Shown here: in pieces, positions 18,569 to 29,913 of the stretch
How positions within the stretch are numbered: position 1 is the stretch's first letter
Layout of the letters: each line of letters opens with the position of its first letter
Assembly (NCBI GenBank): GCA_043824255.1
Contig: JBDRTG010000010.1
Location: 1-37,833 of the forward strand
DNA length: 37,833 nt
Reading direction: 5' to 3'
From: a bacterium
Lineage (GTDB): Bacteria > JAHJDO01
Position numbers and translations under genes: made by a program
The notes under the pieces: generated by a model
Told to the model about the DNA's origin: nothing
Databases searched by the model: none
The model's input: only the letters and a program-made list of their open reading frames with translations

Positions 18569-21417
18569 ATAGCAACAGTATAATTATCAAAGGTGCCCGC
18601 CAGCATAATCTTAAGAACATAGATCTGGAAATTCCACGAAACAAGCTTGTTGTTATTACGGGCCTGAGTGGTTCGGGGAAATCCTCTCTGGCTTTTGATA
18701 CTATATATGCAGAAGGACAGAGAAGGTATGTAGAAAGCCTGTCTTCCTATGCACGGCAGTTCCTTGAACAAATGGATAAGCCTGATGTTGACTATATTGG
18801 AGGGCTTTCTCCTGCTATCTCTATTGAACAAAGAACCTCCGCAAGAAATCCACGCTCAACAGTTGGAACAGTAACGGAAATTTATGATTATCTAAGAGTA
18901 TTATTTGCACGCATAGGAGAAGTCTACTGTTATAAATGTGAAAGAAAAATTGCACGTCAAACTTCCCAGCAAATTACTGACAGTATTATGAAATTCCCTC
19001 AATCCTCTAAAATTATGCTTATGTCCCCAATAGTGAGAGGTAGAAAAGGAGAGTATAACGCTCTTTTTGAGGATATTAGAAAGAAAGGCTTTGTAAGACT
19101 CAGAGTTGATGGGAACATCTGTAATGTGGAAGACGAGATAAAACTCAATAAAAATAAAAAACACAACATTGAAGTTGTTGTAGACAGACTAATCATAAAA
19201 CCAGATATCAAATCACGTCTTAGTGATTCTGTAGAAACTGCTCTGAAACTGGGTGAAGGCTTAATTTTGGTATGTATCAACAATAAGAAAGATATCCTGT
19301 TTAGTGAACATTTTGCATGTATTAAATGTGGAATAAATTACTCTGAACTCACACCTCGTATGTTCTCGTTTAACAGTCCTTATGGTGCATGTAAAACATG
19401 TAACGGACTGGGCAGGAAGATGGAAGTTGATCCTGACCTGATCGTGCCTGATATGAATCTGTCAATTAATGAGGGCGCAATTATTTCGTGGAGCAATCCG
19501 ATAACAACAAAACACCACCGCTGGAAAGCAGCAACAAGAAGATACCTGTTTCAGATGCTGGAGACAGTTAGCGATCACTATAATATTGACCTTGATATTC
19601 CATTCAAGAATTTAAGCAAAGAACATCAAAACATGATTCTGTATGGCACAGAAGAAAAACTGGATTTTACGTTGCGACTCAGACGTAGAATCCACAGACA
19701 TAGAATGAAATTTGAGGGGGTAATTAACAATCTTGAGAGAAGATGGAGCCAGACTGATTCTGAATATGTAAAGTCAGAGATCTACAATAAATACATGAGA
19801 GTCAGATTATGCCCTGAATGTAAAGGCGCAAGACTTTCCCCTCAGAGTCTTGCTGTACAAATCAATAAGAAATCAATAGCTAAAATATGTTCCTTATCAA
19901 TTAAATCTGCTATCAGATTCTTTAATAATCTGCGTTTGGGTAAAACAGAAGAAGTTATTGCGCATGATATTCTAAAAGAAGTCAGGGAACGATTAACATT
20001 TCTCTCCAATGTAGGACTTGACTATATTACACTGGACAGAACAGCACAGACTCTTTCAGGAGGAGAAGGAGAGAGAATCAGGCTCGCTACACAAATTGGC
20101 TCAGGTCTTGTTGGAGTATTGTATATCCTTGATGAGCCAAGTATTGGGCTTCACCAGAGAGATAATAGAAAATTACTGAAAACATTGACCAGTCTGCGCG
20201 ACCTGGGGAATACAGTTATTGTTGTAGAACATGATGAACAGACAATAAGAAATGCGGATTATGTAATAGATCTTGGTCCGGGAGCTGGCATTCACGGCGG
20301 AGATCTTGTAGCATGCGGTAAGCTGGAAGAAATAATTAAAAACAAGAATTCTATTACAGGTAAATACCTGTCGGGAAAAATTAAAATTGATACACCTAAA
20401 CAAAGAAGAAAACCGACTGAAAAGCAGCTTAGAATACTTGGGGCTTTTGAACACAATTTAAAAAAGATAAACGTAAATATCCCTTTAGGGTTGTTGGTCT
20501 GTGTTTCAGGAGTATCTGGTTCCGGTAAGAGCACACTGGTCGACGAAATATTGTACAGAGCTCTGGCTCAAATCCTATACGGCTCAAAAGAAAAGCCGGG
20601 TAAACATGTTGACATCAAAGGATTTTCTCAAATAGATAAAGTTGCAAACATCACTCAGTCGCCAATAGGCAGAACCCCTCGTTCTAACCCTGCCACATAT
20701 ACAGGCGCTTTTGATTATATAAGACGCCTGTTTTCTCAGGTCCCGAGCTCAAGGGCAAAGGGATATAAGCCTGGAAGATTCTCTTTTAATGTTAAGGGCG
20801 GAAGATGCGAGGCATGTAAAGGTGACGGCTTAAAAAAGATTGAGATGCACTTCCTTCCTGATATTTACGTAACATGCGAAACGTGTAAAGGAATGCGCTT
20901 CAACAGAGAAACTCTGGAGATAAAATACAAAGATAAAAGTATAGCAGACGTTTTGGATATGACAATTGAAGAGGCTCTGAAACTTTTCGAGAACATTCCG
21001 CCTGTAAAAAGGAAATTGCAGACTCTAAACGATGTAGGTCTTGGGTATATAAAATTAGGACAGTCTGCTACCACTCTCTCAGGAGGAGAAGCACAAAGGG
21101 TTAAGCTGGCTAGTGAATTAAGTAAGGTTTCAACAGGGAAAACACTTTATATGCTTGATGAGCCAACCACAGGCCTGCATTTTGCAGATGTTCAGAAGTT
21201 ATTGGATGTTTTAGGAAGGTTAGTGGATATGGGAAACACAGTGTTGGTAATTGAGCACAATTTAGATGTTCTAAAAACAGCTGATTATATTATAGACCTT
21301 GGGCCAGAGGGTGGAGATAATGGGGGAGAGGTTGTAGCAGAGGGAACTCCGGAACAAGTTGCTAAGAATAAGCGTTCATATACTGGAAAGTTTTTAAGGA
21401 AGTTTTTGAAGTGTTGA
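18565..21417 (+). CDS. uvrA: Excinuclease ABC subunit A
   Basis: Two ABC ATPase modules ([45 protein letters not shown]) and zinc fingers; full length. Confidence 0.99.
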   Translation: MNSNSIIIKGARQHNLKNIDLEIPRNKLVVITGLSGSGKSSLAFDTIYAEGQRRYVESLSSYARQFLEQMDKPDVDYIGGLSPAISIEQRTSARNPRSTVGTVTEIYDYLRVLFARIGEVYCYKCERKIARQTSQQITDSIMKFPQSSKIMLMSPIVRGRKGEYNALFEDIRKKGFVRLRVDGNICNVEDEIKLNKNKKHNIEVVVDRLIIKPDIKSRLSDSVETALKLGEGLILVCINNKKDILFSEHFACIKCGINYSELTPRMFSFNSPYGACKTCNGLGRKMEVDPDLIVPDMNLSINEGAIISWSNPITTKHHRWKAATRRYLFQMLETVSDHYNIDLDIPFKNLSKEHQNMILYGTEEKLDFTLRLRRRIHRHRMKFEGVINNLERRWSQTDSEYVKSEIYNKYMRVRLCPECKGARLSPQSLAVQINKKSIAKICSLSIKSAIRFFNNLRLGKTEEVIAHDILKEVRERLTFLSNVGLDYITLDRTAQTLSGGEGERIRLATQIGSGLVGVLYILDEPSIGLHQRDNRKLLKTLTSLRDLGNTVIVVEHDEQTIRNADYVIDLGPGAGIHGGDLVACGKLEEIIKNKNSITGKYLSGKIKIDTPKQRRKPTEKQLRILGAFEHNLKKINVNIPLGLLVCVSGVSGSGKSTLVDEILYRALAQILYGSKEKPGKHVDIKGFSQIDKVANITQSPIGRTPRSNPATYTGAFDYIRRLFSQVPSSRAKGYKPGRFSFNVKGGRCEACKGDGLKKIEMHFLPDIYVTCETCKGMRFNRETLEIKYKDKSIADVLDMTIEEALKLFENIPPVKRKLQTLNDVGLGYIKLGQSATTLSGGEAQRVKLASELSKVSTGKTLYMLDEPTTGLHFADVQKLLDVLGRLVDMGNTVLVIEHNLDVLKTADYIIDLGPEGGDNGGEVVAEGTPEQVAKNKRSYTGKFLRKFLKC

Positions 21418-21974
21418 TAATAGATGAAATTGTTGTTGACGATGCTATTCTTAAAAGCCATTTTTCATGCTGCCTTGAGGTCTGTCACGGGGAGTGTTGT
21501 GCAAGTGGAGACTTTGGAGCTCCAATCTCCGAGGAAGATATAAAAATAATAGATAAACATTTAAAAAGCATTGAAAAATATCTTCCAGAGGAAAATATAA
21601 AATTCATAAAAAAGAATGGATATACAGAAACATATCGAAGTGGAACCCTTTGTGTTGAGTCTCTTTATGATGATGGACCGTGCGTTTTTTCATACAAGCA
21701 TGAAGAGATAACCAAATGCGCTATTCATACTTATTGTGCAAACACTGAAATAGATCCTGTCCAAATAAAACCCATATCCTGCTCTCTATTTCCAATAAGG
21801 GTTATACGACTGGGAAAAATAATATCATTAAGATACTGCCAATATTCTGAATGCAAATCAGCTTTAGGAAGCTCAACACCTGTTTTCCAGACATGTAAGA
21901 AAGGCCTTATTAGAATGCTTGGTAACCAGTGGTATGAAAAATTAGAGAGACGTTATAAAGAAAGTTCTATATAA
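21411..21974 (+). CDS. DUF3109-like cysteine-cluster protein
   Basis: [20 protein letters not shown] and [12 protein letters not shown]. Confidence 0.75.
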   Translation: MLIIDEIVVDDAILKSHFSCCLEVCHGECCASGDFGAPISEEDIKIIDKHLKSIEKYLPEENIKFIKKNGYTETYRSGTLCVESLYDDGPCVFSYKHEEITKCAIHTYCANTEIDPVQIKPISCSLFPIRVIRLGKIISLRYCQYSECKSALGSSTPVFQTCKKGLIRMLGNQWYEKLERRYKESSI

Positions 21975-24192
21975 GCTGCAGCTTTTTTCTTATAAGCCAT
22001 TCTGCACTGAGAAGTATGATAAAAAGAAAAAGCAGTAGGGGAGAGTTGTGCAATTTTATGCTGTAAGATGTAACTGCCTGTCTATGCCTGACTTTTATTT
22101 CATCAAAAATACCATCTATATTCTTTGGTGTATGATATACTCCTCCTGTAGACAAAGCTATATCCTTAAGTAGCACGTCATTTAAGCCAACATCTTCCTC
22201 TTCCATGTAAGGATTGCCGACAGCAAACCCAATCAGTTTCTCTTCTGAAATGTCTTCGATTTTAGCAGTAGCCTTTAATCGATAATATCCAATGTCATCT
22301 GCCTCGTAATCTGCTCCATATTCTCCTGTCTTGCCTTCCACGTTAGTCAAGTTCAGAAAAGTCTTTTTATTTGATGGTGTAGTTATTTGACAATTTATGT
22401 TTGCTTTATCATATCTGCGATATTCCTTATCATATGCAGATGCCATAATATGAATTATCTCACCGGGCTTGTAGTAATCCATGTTTGTATATATGAGGAG
22501 ATGATCTGTATCTTGCTTTGGCTTTTTATCTCCAGAGCATAGCCATCTCACCATCTGCCCCCAGAATGTCTGATATATATTGATATCTTCTGCAAATGCC
22601 CATTTCCATGTAGAATCAGTTGCTATTGCCGCTACTTTTCCTTCCCCGTAATTTTGAACTATCAATACTGGCCATTTTTTTAGGGATTTAGAGTCTGAAG
22701 CGTAGATAAGTACCATAGCCCCAGGCTTCGGTCTTGAGAGAAGATTAAACCCGGATAAAGCAGGTAATTGTGTTTTTATATTCTTTAGAATTGGATGTCC
22801 GGATGCTTCAGGCGTAAGCACTGGTACAAAAGTTTTCTCTTCCCACCCGCCACTACCTTCTAGAGCAACAGAAAATATTTTTGATAACTCGCCTCTTTGA
22901 TATCCTCCGCTTTCAAAGGAATTTTTACCGCCCAGAATGAGAAAACCACCGCCATTTCCGGTGAAATTAACAATATTAGAAACAGATTTTTCATCAAACA
23001 TGTTTTTAATATTTCCCAGAATGATAATGTCATATTCTTTAAGGGTTTCCTTATTATGTAGAATATTATTGAGTTCTTGATGTGTGGAAATCCCTTGCTG
23101 ATAAAACTGCCCTGATGAAGTTAATATAAAAGCAGTAAGATCAATATGCGGATCTGACTCCAGGGTCCTTTTAAGGAATTTATATTCCCATCTCAGACCT
23201 CCTTCAATATAGAGTACTTTTGTTTTCTGACTGGTTATGAGTACAGTAAAAGTCCTTTTATTGTTCTGCGTTATAAGCTCTTCTTCCAAAGGAGGAACCT
23301 CTGCGACATATCTACATACACCTACTTGTTTTGGAATAAGACCGATCTCCAGATTTTGTACATTCTCAGATTCCTTTAGCAGCACACTACTACTGGATAT
23401 CACCTCTCCATCCAATTCTACATTAACAGGAACTAGTTTTTCCTCATATCCCAGATTTTTAATCTTAACATCTATATTTATCTTTTCTCCCAAATATCCG
23501 GTTAATGGAGAACTGATATGGGTAATTGATACATCCTTAAATGATTTATTTGCCTTTATATTGCCCAGTCCAACACTGTATATTGGAACTGCGAGGCTTT
23601 TAATTCTTTTGACCGTATTTTTGCCTGCATTATTATTTCCATCAGTAAATAATATTACTCCGGATATAGGGCTTTCTCCCATTGTTTTAACAGCATTTTC
23701 TATTGAAGCAGCGATATCTGTAGAATTGCCATACGCGCTGAGCTTTGCTGGCATGTCTTTTTCAGACATCTCAGCAGAACCCTTTGAAAATGCAAATGTC
23801 CTAACTATAAACTGTTTAGAAAGTCTTCTGATAAAATTATTTTCGTCTCTCTGAATTGTATCTCTAACTATCTCTATTTTACTCTTTGGAGAAAAAGGGC
23901 CATGCTCACCCATGCTTTTTGAAGTATCAAACAAAAGCAAGCAGCAGGATTTCTGGAGCTTTGATTTCAAGAAACTGATTGTCGGCCTGAATACTGCACC
24001 TAGAATTATAATTATTAAAAGAATCCTGAGAAAAACTATCCAGCCTGCTTGCTTCCTGGAAAGAACAGAGTAAAGCCTGATATATGTTAGGATTACAGCA
24101 GTAATAGCTATGGCGAGTATTCCGATCAGCAAAAAAGGATTTATTGAATTCTCAAACTCTATTCTTATATTTTGCAGGTGCCACAAGTCCAT
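21967..24192 (-). CDS. Membrane protein with VWA and GATase1-like domains
   Basis: N-terminal TM helices, MIDAS DTSKS, TDI, FTDG, Ig-like ELITQNN, VLYIEGGLRWEYKFL, GGGFLILGG and C-terminal EWLIRK. Confidence 0.8.
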   Translation of the reverse strand: MDLWHLQNIRIEFENSINPFLLIGILAIAITAVILTYIRLYSVLSRKQAGWIVFLRILLIIIILGAVFRPTISFLKSKLQKSCCLLLFDTSKSMGEHGPFSPKSKIEIVRDTIQRDENNFIRRLSKQFIVRTFAFSKGSAEMSEKDMPAKLSAYGNSTDIAASIENAVKTMGESPISGVILFTDGNNNAGKNTVKRIKSLAVPIYSVGLGNIKANKSFKDVSITHISSPLTGYLGEKINIDVKIKNLGYEEKLVPVNVELDGEVISSSSVLLKESENVQNLEIGLIPKQVGVCRYVAEVPPLEEELITQNNKRTFTVLITSQKTKVLYIEGGLRWEYKFLKRTLESDPHIDLTAFILTSSGQFYQQGISTHQELNNILHNKETLKEYDIIILGNIKNMFDEKSVSNIVNFTGNGGGFLILGGKNSFESGGYQRGELSKIFSVALEGSGGWEEKTFVPVLTPEASGHPILKNIKTQLPALSGFNLLSRPKPGAMVLIYASDSKSLKKWPVLIVQNYGEGKVAAIATDSTWKWAFAEDINIYQTFWGQMVRWLCSGDKKPKQDTDHLLIYTNMDYYKPGEIIHIMASAYDKEYRRYDKANINCQITTPSNKKTFLNLTNVEGKTGEYGADYEADDIGYYRLKATAKIEDISEEKLIGFAVGNPYMEEEDVGLNDVLLKDIALSTGGVYHTPKNIDGIFDEIKVRHRQAVTSYSIKLHNSPLLLFLFIILLSAEWLIRKKLQLI

Positions 24193-24258
24193 GATTGTAA
24201 AATTATATCACAAGTTCTTTTGTTACCAACATAATTTTTAAAAAGTTTTGAAAAACAA

Positions 24259-24287
24259 TTGACAAACGAAATTGGTTTCGTTATATT
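24259..24287 (+). promoter_or_regulatory. sigma70 promoter with embedded LacI-type operator
   Basis: TTGACA-17 nt-TATATT; the palindrome AACGAAA-TTGG-TTTCGTT (24265-24282) fills the spacer. Confidence 0.75.
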
Positions 24288-24308
24288 ATGATAAGAGGGA
24301 AAACAACA

Positions 24309-25301
24309 ATGTCTAGAATCAGGATTGATGATGTTGCGAGAAGATTAGGGGTAGCGAAATCCACAATCTCTAAAGCTCTAAATAATAGGCCTGATGTTAG
24401 TCAGAAGACTAAGGATAAGGTTAGAGAACTTGTAGCGAAATTAGGTTATAAACCTGATAGATTGGCTCAGGCATTTAGTTCAAGAAGGACGCGGCTTATT
24501 GGGGTGGTAATTCCTGTTATGAAATACAGCTTTTTTGCTGATATAGCCAGAAGTGTGACAAACGAAGCCCAAAAAAGCGGTTATCGTGTAATATTTGATT
24601 CTTCAGAGGAAACAGCCAAACATGAGGCAGAAATAGTAAATGATTTCATAGAGAGAGGTATTGATGGTTTAATAATTGCGCCATGTATAAAAGGGAGCAC
24701 TTCTTCTCTTCAGAAACTTGTGAAGAAGGAATATCCTTTTGTTGTGATTGATAGATATATAAATGGAATAACTGCACCATTTGTTGGAACTGATTTTGAG
24801 AAAGGAGCGTATGAAGCAACAAAATATTTAATCAAGCTTGAGCACAAGAAAATTGGTTACTTAGGAGGTCCAGCGTTTATTCCGGCTTCAAAAGAGAGGA
24901 TAAATGGTTTCAAAAGGGCTCTTGCAGAAGCAGGTATTAATATAAAAGAGCAACTGATTATTCAAGGGGAGTATGATCCAGAAGATGCAGGGAAGAATAT
25001 GCAAATACTTATAAAAAGAGATCCTGATATAACAGCTATTATCTGTGCAAACCCTGACATTTCTACAGGTGTATATGAGGAATTAATAAAGAGGGAAATA
25101 AAAGTTCCGGATGATATCTCTCTAATAGATTTCGGCAATGCTAGTTTTTTCTCTTCGGTTGATCAGAAAACTGAAAAAATTGGCAAGATAGCTACGCAAA
25201 TATTATTAGACATCATAAAAGGAGAAAATTTCTCTAAGAAAATCATAGTTGATACAGAACTAGTTATAAGAAAATCGTGTGCGAAACCAAAGCAAAAATA
25301 A
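24309..25301 (+). CDS. LacI family transcriptional regulator
   Basis: IDDVARRLGVAKSTISKALN HTH, LGYKP and VPDDISL. ATG 24309 chosen because 24288 abuts the -10 box. Confidence 0.92.
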   Translation: MSRIRIDDVARRLGVAKSTISKALNNRPDVSQKTKDKVRELVAKLGYKPDRLAQAFSSRRTRLIGVVIPVMKYSFFADIARSVTNEAQKSGYRVIFDSSEETAKHEAEIVNDFIERGIDGLIIAPCIKGSTSSLQKLVKKEYPFVVIDRYINGITAPFVGTDFEKGAYEATKYLIKLEHKKIGYLGGPAFIPASKERINGFKRALAEAGINIKEQLIIQGEYDPEDAGKNMQILIKRDPDITAIICANPDISTGVYEELIKREIKVPDDISLIDFGNASFFSSVDQKTEKIGKIATQILLDIIKGENFSKKIIVDTELVIRKSCAKPKQK

Positions 25302-25317
25302 AAATGAGAGGAGAGTT

Positions 25318-26478
25318 ATGATAAAAAGAATACCTGATTCTGAATTCAAAGAAAGACAAAAAAAGGTGCAGGAGAAAGTCAGAGAAAAAGGACTGGATCT
25401 TGCGATAGTTCACAGCCACGAAGCAGATTTTGCAAATGTAAGGTATCTGTCAGACTATTGGCCTATATTTGAAACAGCCGGAGTGCTGATACCCAGTCAA
25501 GGAGATTTAATGCTGCTCATAGGCCCTGAAAGCGAAACATTTGCTGAAGGAAGAAGTAAGATAAAAAAAATCAGAAAGATTCTCGAGTACAGAGAATCAG
25601 CAGAGCCCAATTATCCGGATATAAAAATAGATTCTTTTGAGTCTGTTTTTGAAGAAGCATCTAATAGGAAGAAGATCAAGCGTATTGGCATAATAGGTTA
25701 TCCAATAATGCCGATAACAATATATGAAGCTATCAGGAAAGCTGCGCCTGATGCTAAGATTATAAAAGCTGATGACATAATGACTGAGATGAGAATCATA
25801 AAAAGCGAGAATGAAATTGCTCTTCTTAAAGAGGGATTTAGAATCTCAGAATTAGCGCTTATAAAAATAATTAATAATATTAAGCCTGGTATGACAGAAT
25901 TGGAAATTGTCGGCATTGCACAGGCAGCAATGTATGCTAATGGCGCAGAATACGAAGCACATCCAACATATGTTCTATCAGGAAAAAGAACGAACAACGC
26001 TATTGGAAGACCTACTCACAGAAAAATAGAAAAAGGCGATATGATACAGCTGTGTATAGGCGCACGAGTCGGAGGATATTCACCATCTGCCGGAAGACCT
26101 ATATGTATCGGGAAGATGTCTGACGAAATGAGAAAGCTTGTACAAGTTGGACTTGAAGCGCATTATAAAACAATCGAGTTCATAAAAGAAGGCGTTCCTG
26201 CAAAAGATGTTGTAAACAAGTTCTTTGACTTTGTTAAATCAAAGGGATGCGGAGATAATCTTTTATACGGCCCGTGTCATGGCTTGGGCATGATAGAAGT
26301 AGAGCCCCCCTGGATGGAATCTGATTCAACATATCTGCTCAAAGAAAATATGACCTTTCAGGTAGATACGTTCCTTCAGTCAGAAAATTTCGGACTCAGA
26401 TGGGAAAATGGAATCAGGGTCACAAAAGACGGCGCAGAACTTATGTCTGCTCAGGAAATGAGAATTATAGAGATTTAA
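25318..26478 (+). CDS. M24 (Xaa-Pro peptidase/creatinase fold) hydrolase with non-canonical active site
   Basis: Creatinase-N-like domain, RIIKSENEI, HGLG and GLRWE. Start ATG 25318 after GAGGAG. Confidence 0.85.
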   Translation: MIKRIPDSEFKERQKKVQEKVREKGLDLAIVHSHEADFANVRYLSDYWPIFETAGVLIPSQGDLMLLIGPESETFAEGRSKIKKIRKILEYRESAEPNYPDIKIDSFESVFEEASNRKKIKRIGIIGYPIMPITIYEAIRKAAPDAKIIKADDIMTEMRIIKSENEIALLKEGFRISELALIKIINNIKPGMTELEIVGIAQAAMYANGAEYEAHPTYVLSGKRTNNAIGRPTHRKIEKGDMIQLCIGARVGGYSPSAGRPICIGKMSDEMRKLVQVGLEAHYKTIEFIKEGVPAKDVVNKFFDFVKSKGCGDNLLYGPCHGLGMIEVEPPWMESDSTYLLKENMTFQVDTFLQSENFGLRWENGIRVTKDGAELMSAQEMRIIEI

Positions 26479-26540
26479 ATGGGCAAAAAGTTGAAAAACT
26501 AACTTAAGGTTGCTTATTTATCATAAGGAGAATTGACAAT

Positions 26541-29500
26541 ATGAAGACACGGTATGCTCCTGTAGATAACGGGTATGAAATTATTGGCAGCCAGGAGATT
26601 TTTAATCGCACTTTGTATGGTGGCCATGCTAACGACAACCTTCCAGAGCGTTACTTTACTTTTGCTGGGGACCAACCGCTGATCATGGGAGCAATCACTG
26701 ATTGGCGTAAGGATTCAACTGGTCCCCAAGCTAAGTGCGGTGTGTTCATGGTGGGAGTAGCTTTAACACCTGGCCTTTGCGCCCCGCCCTATTATGTGAC
26801 TAAAGGTGAGAGCCTTGGCGAATACAGTTCACAATGGCTTCACAAGGCTGAAGGCACAATTTCTACATTTCGCAATGGATGGATGGAGCACAAAGTCCAG
26901 CCGTTTTCCCCGTGGTTTCCCCATGTAAAGGCTTTTGTTGAGGTTCTACCACTAATGCCAGAGGACGGATTCTTGGTGCATCTGCGAATAAAGGCTGACC
27001 AGCGCGTGATTCTCTGCATGGGCTTTGGCGGAATCACTGATTTTCTGGGACTACTTGAATTCCCTGCTGTTACTGCACGTAATTTCAAGCCGGAGGATTG
27101 TTGCGGCAACATAATAACCTGTGGGACCAACCGTGCCCTGGTGCAAGGGAAAAATGGAGACTCTGCCGACTCCTCTATGTGGATTGGAACTAACTTCCCA
27201 ATGGAGGTTTCTATAGGAGACGCAAAACAGGTTCAGGATGGTAAAAGTCCCGGTGCTTTTCTTGAGGAGAAGCCTGTCTCAGGAGACACACCTATTGTCC
27301 GGATATCCTGCCCAATTAGTCAGGGAAAGACATTGGATGGGGTTATAGTTGTAATTCGCAATGAAAAAGAAAAAAAGCTGGACTACTGGCTGTCCAAGAA
27401 TGATTCAGTAGCGGATTTAAAACACAAAATTTGTCAAAAGCAATCAGCAATTGAGGTTCACACACCAGATGCCATGCTGGATCTAACCATTCCGCCAACT
27501 GCCATAGCTTTAGATGCATCATGGCATAGGAATGCATTCTATCATGGAGCAACTAGCTACCATAGTCCTTATTTAGGCTGGCGAAACTCATATGGGCCAA
27601 CTACGATTGGCTGGCATGATCGGGTTGAAACCTGTTTTCGCACACATGCTTCCGGACAGGTTAATGAGGCTGAAGGACCTGAGAAGATCTGGTACGATGG
27701 CAATCCTCAACCTGGATACCGTAATGGTGGAACTCAATACCACTGGCTGAAAAACAGCACTGGTTTCATTCCGTTTCTTCTTGGAAAGCATACTTTTAAA
27801 TACAACATGCAGGAGGTTGCAATAGATATGTTTATCCATCACCTTGAATGGACAGGGAAGATTGCTCTGGCCAGGGACATGTTTGATGTGGTAGAGCGAG
27901 TTCTCGACTGGGAAGCACGTATTCTTGATCCCGATAGAGATGGACTCTACCAGAACTGTTTAAATACATGGATCTCTGATTCACACTCCTATAACGGCGG
28001 CGGTTGCGCACAATCCAGTGCTTATAACTTTCGCGCTAACTATATAATGGGTAAAATTGCCAAAAAGCTCGGATTGGATCATAAGGTGTTTATGTCTCGT
28101 GCAAATAAAATTTTCAAGGCTCTTCAGAACACACTTTGGCTTCCATCCAGGGGCATAATGGCAGAATACATTGATACAGTTGGCAAAAAACTGATTCATC
28201 CTTCACCAGAGCTAGCTACAATCTATCATTCAATTGAATCCGGTGCAGTAGATGCTTTTCAAGCGTATCAGATGTTGCGTTTTACAGAGACAGACCTGCG
28301 TAATGAACAGACATTGCCAAGAAAGGGACGTTTGGTCTGGTCATCTAACTGGTATCCACAGAGTTACTCTAGCTGTGGGTTGTATACTGCTGAGAATCTT
28401 CATCTAGCCTGGTCTTATTTCCAAAACGGATGGGCTGAGAAGGGTATGGAGATTCTGGGGGCTGTTGTAGACGCGTATTTCATGGGCAGAAATCCTGGCA
28501 TGGCTGCGCATTGCATGACAGGAACCGGTCATAGCGAACAGTCTCATGATTTCACTGATGTCTCAAGCATGTATCTCAGGGTGATTGTTGAAGGGCTGTT
28601 TGGTGTTCGTTTTCATTTACTGGACGACCGTATTGAAGTTGCGCCGAACCTGCCTGCTGATTGGGATCACGCAAGTCTCAAAGTAAAGGATATTTCTATT
28701 AATTACAGTCGTAGCGGACGCAGTGAAAGTCTTGAGATATGGTGTGAACAACCTGCTGCACGAGTATTAAAACTCCCTATGCGTTCCACATGCATTGAAT
28801 CAGTGCTAGTAAACGGAGAGCCTGTAAAGTACAGAGTGGAACCAGAAATCAATCATTGCTCTATAGTCGTGGAGACCAGTTATATAGGACATTTGCATCT
28901 GTGCATAACCCATGGTGGAGGAGAAAATCTACCTGTATTGGAACTGTCTAAAAAAGTCCATAAAGGCGACTGGCTGCAGATTAAAATAACAAAAGGAGAA
29001 ATTCTGGATTACAAGGATCCGTCTAATGCAGTCTCAGATGTATGTGTTCATAACAGTATTCTTTGTGCTAAGGTAATTGGCAGCACCGGTGCACACACTG
29101 TGTTTATACATGCAAAAATTGGACACTGGAGTGCGTGGCTCACTGCGGACTTTCTGGTAGTGCAAAAGCCGAAGCTGAAGCGCATAATTCCCTGCAGGGA
29201 ATTCCATTCAGTTAATATCTCAAAGTACTTTAATATCTCGCTTACTGAAATCCACTCTATTAAGTATCTCAATCCACGACCCAGTGGATACTCAATTGGT
29301 GTGGGGGTAAATGGGCGTTCTGGATGGGATTGGAATCAGGCGGGACGTAATACTATAGTCATCGAGGACAATGTTTTTCGACAGTGTAAAGGGACATTTA
29401 GAACTCCGTCCGGCATTAATTTCAAGACTCCTCCGACAGGACCAAATGCAGCATGTGTGTCCATCTGGGATAATTTCCCAGATAAGATATGTATACCTAT

Positions 29501-29828
29501 ATCTGGTAAGGCTGCAGAACTAGCAGTCTTCTTCATCGGGGTAACAAATCCCATGCAGTCGAGAGTTGAAAATGGGCATTTTAAAGTTGAGTACACAGAC
29601 GGTACATTGCAAAAAACAAGTTTGGTCAATCCTGTAAATTTCGATGATTGGCTTGTCGCTGCAGTTCAGCAGGGAAACGAAACTGTATATTTTAGTGATT
29701 ACAACCATGGTATGGTACAGAGACTTATTCTTGATCCAATGAAAAAATTAAAAAGCTTCTCTGTAGAAGCTGTGGCAAATGAGGTTATTATTGGTATATT
29801 AGGACTCAGTTTTGGAGAGAAATCATGA
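26541..29828 (+). CDS. DUF4450-like putative (alpha/alpha)6 glycoside hydrolase
   Basis: FNRTLYG, GWRNSY, YNMQ, DPDRDGLY and C-terminal SIWDNFP/TNPMQSR/ANEVIIG recall DUF4450-containing proteins (from memory, not a search). Confidence 0.6.
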   Translation: MKTRYAPVDNGYEIIGSQEIFNRTLYGGHANDNLPERYFTFAGDQPLIMGAITDWRKDSTGPQAKCGVFMVGVALTPGLCAPPYYVTKGESLGEYSSQWLHKAEGTISTFRNGWMEHKVQPFSPWFPHVKAFVEVLPLMPEDGFLVHLRIKADQRVILCMGFGGITDFLGLLEFPAVTARNFKPEDCCGNIITCGTNRALVQGKNGDSADSSMWIGTNFPMEVSIGDAKQVQDGKSPGAFLEEKPVSGDTPIVRISCPISQGKTLDGVIVVIRNEKEKKLDYWLSKNDSVADLKHKICQKQSAIEVHTPDAMLDLTIPPTAIALDASWHRNAFYHGATSYHSPYLGWRNSYGPTTIGWHDRVETCFRTHASGQVNEAEGPEKIWYDGNPQPGYRNGGTQYHWLKNSTGFIPFLLGKHTFKYNMQEVAIDMFIHHLEWTGKIALARDMFDVVERVLDWEARILDPDRDGLYQNCLNTWISDSHSYNGGGCAQSSAYNFRANYIMGKIAKKLGLDHKVFMSRANKIFKALQNTLWLPSRGIMAEYIDTVGKKLIHPSPELATIYHSIESGAVDAFQAYQMLRFTETDLRNEQTLPRKGRLVWSSNWYPQSYSSCGLYTAENLHLAWSYFQNGWAEKGMEILGAVVDAYFMGRNPGMAAHCMTGTGHSEQSHDFTDVSSMYLRVIVEGLFGVRFHLLDDRIEVAPNLPADWDHASLKVKDISINYSRSGRSESLEIWCEQPAARVLKLPMRSTCIESVLVNGEPVKYRVEPEINHCSIVVETSYIGHLHLCITHGGGENLPVLELSKKVHKGDWLQIKITKGEILDYKDPSNAVSDVCVHNSILCAKVIGSTGAHTVFIHAKIGHWSAWLTADFLVVQKPKLKRIIPCREFHSVNISKYFNISLTEIHSIKYLNPRPSGYSIGVGVNGRSGWDWNQAGRNTIVIEDNVFRQCKGTFRTPSGINFKTPPTGPNAACVSIWDNFPDKICIPISGKAAELAVFFIGVTNPMQSRVENGHFKVEYTDGTLQKTSLVNPVNFDDWLVAAVQQGNETVYFSDYNHGMVQRLILDPMKKLKSFSVEAVANEVIIGILGLSFGEKS

Positions 29829-29913
29829 AAAAAGCTGGAAATTTTACCTTTTTGTAGTTAACCTGTAACAACAAGCATAAGGGGTTATAATGATTAAGTT
29901 AAAGAGAGAGCAA

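Noticed and set aside
23237..23854. 205-aa antisense ORF, and other shadow ORFs such as 1659-2162 and 33923-34525
   Set aside because: They lie opposite well-supported genes and carry no recognisable motifs.
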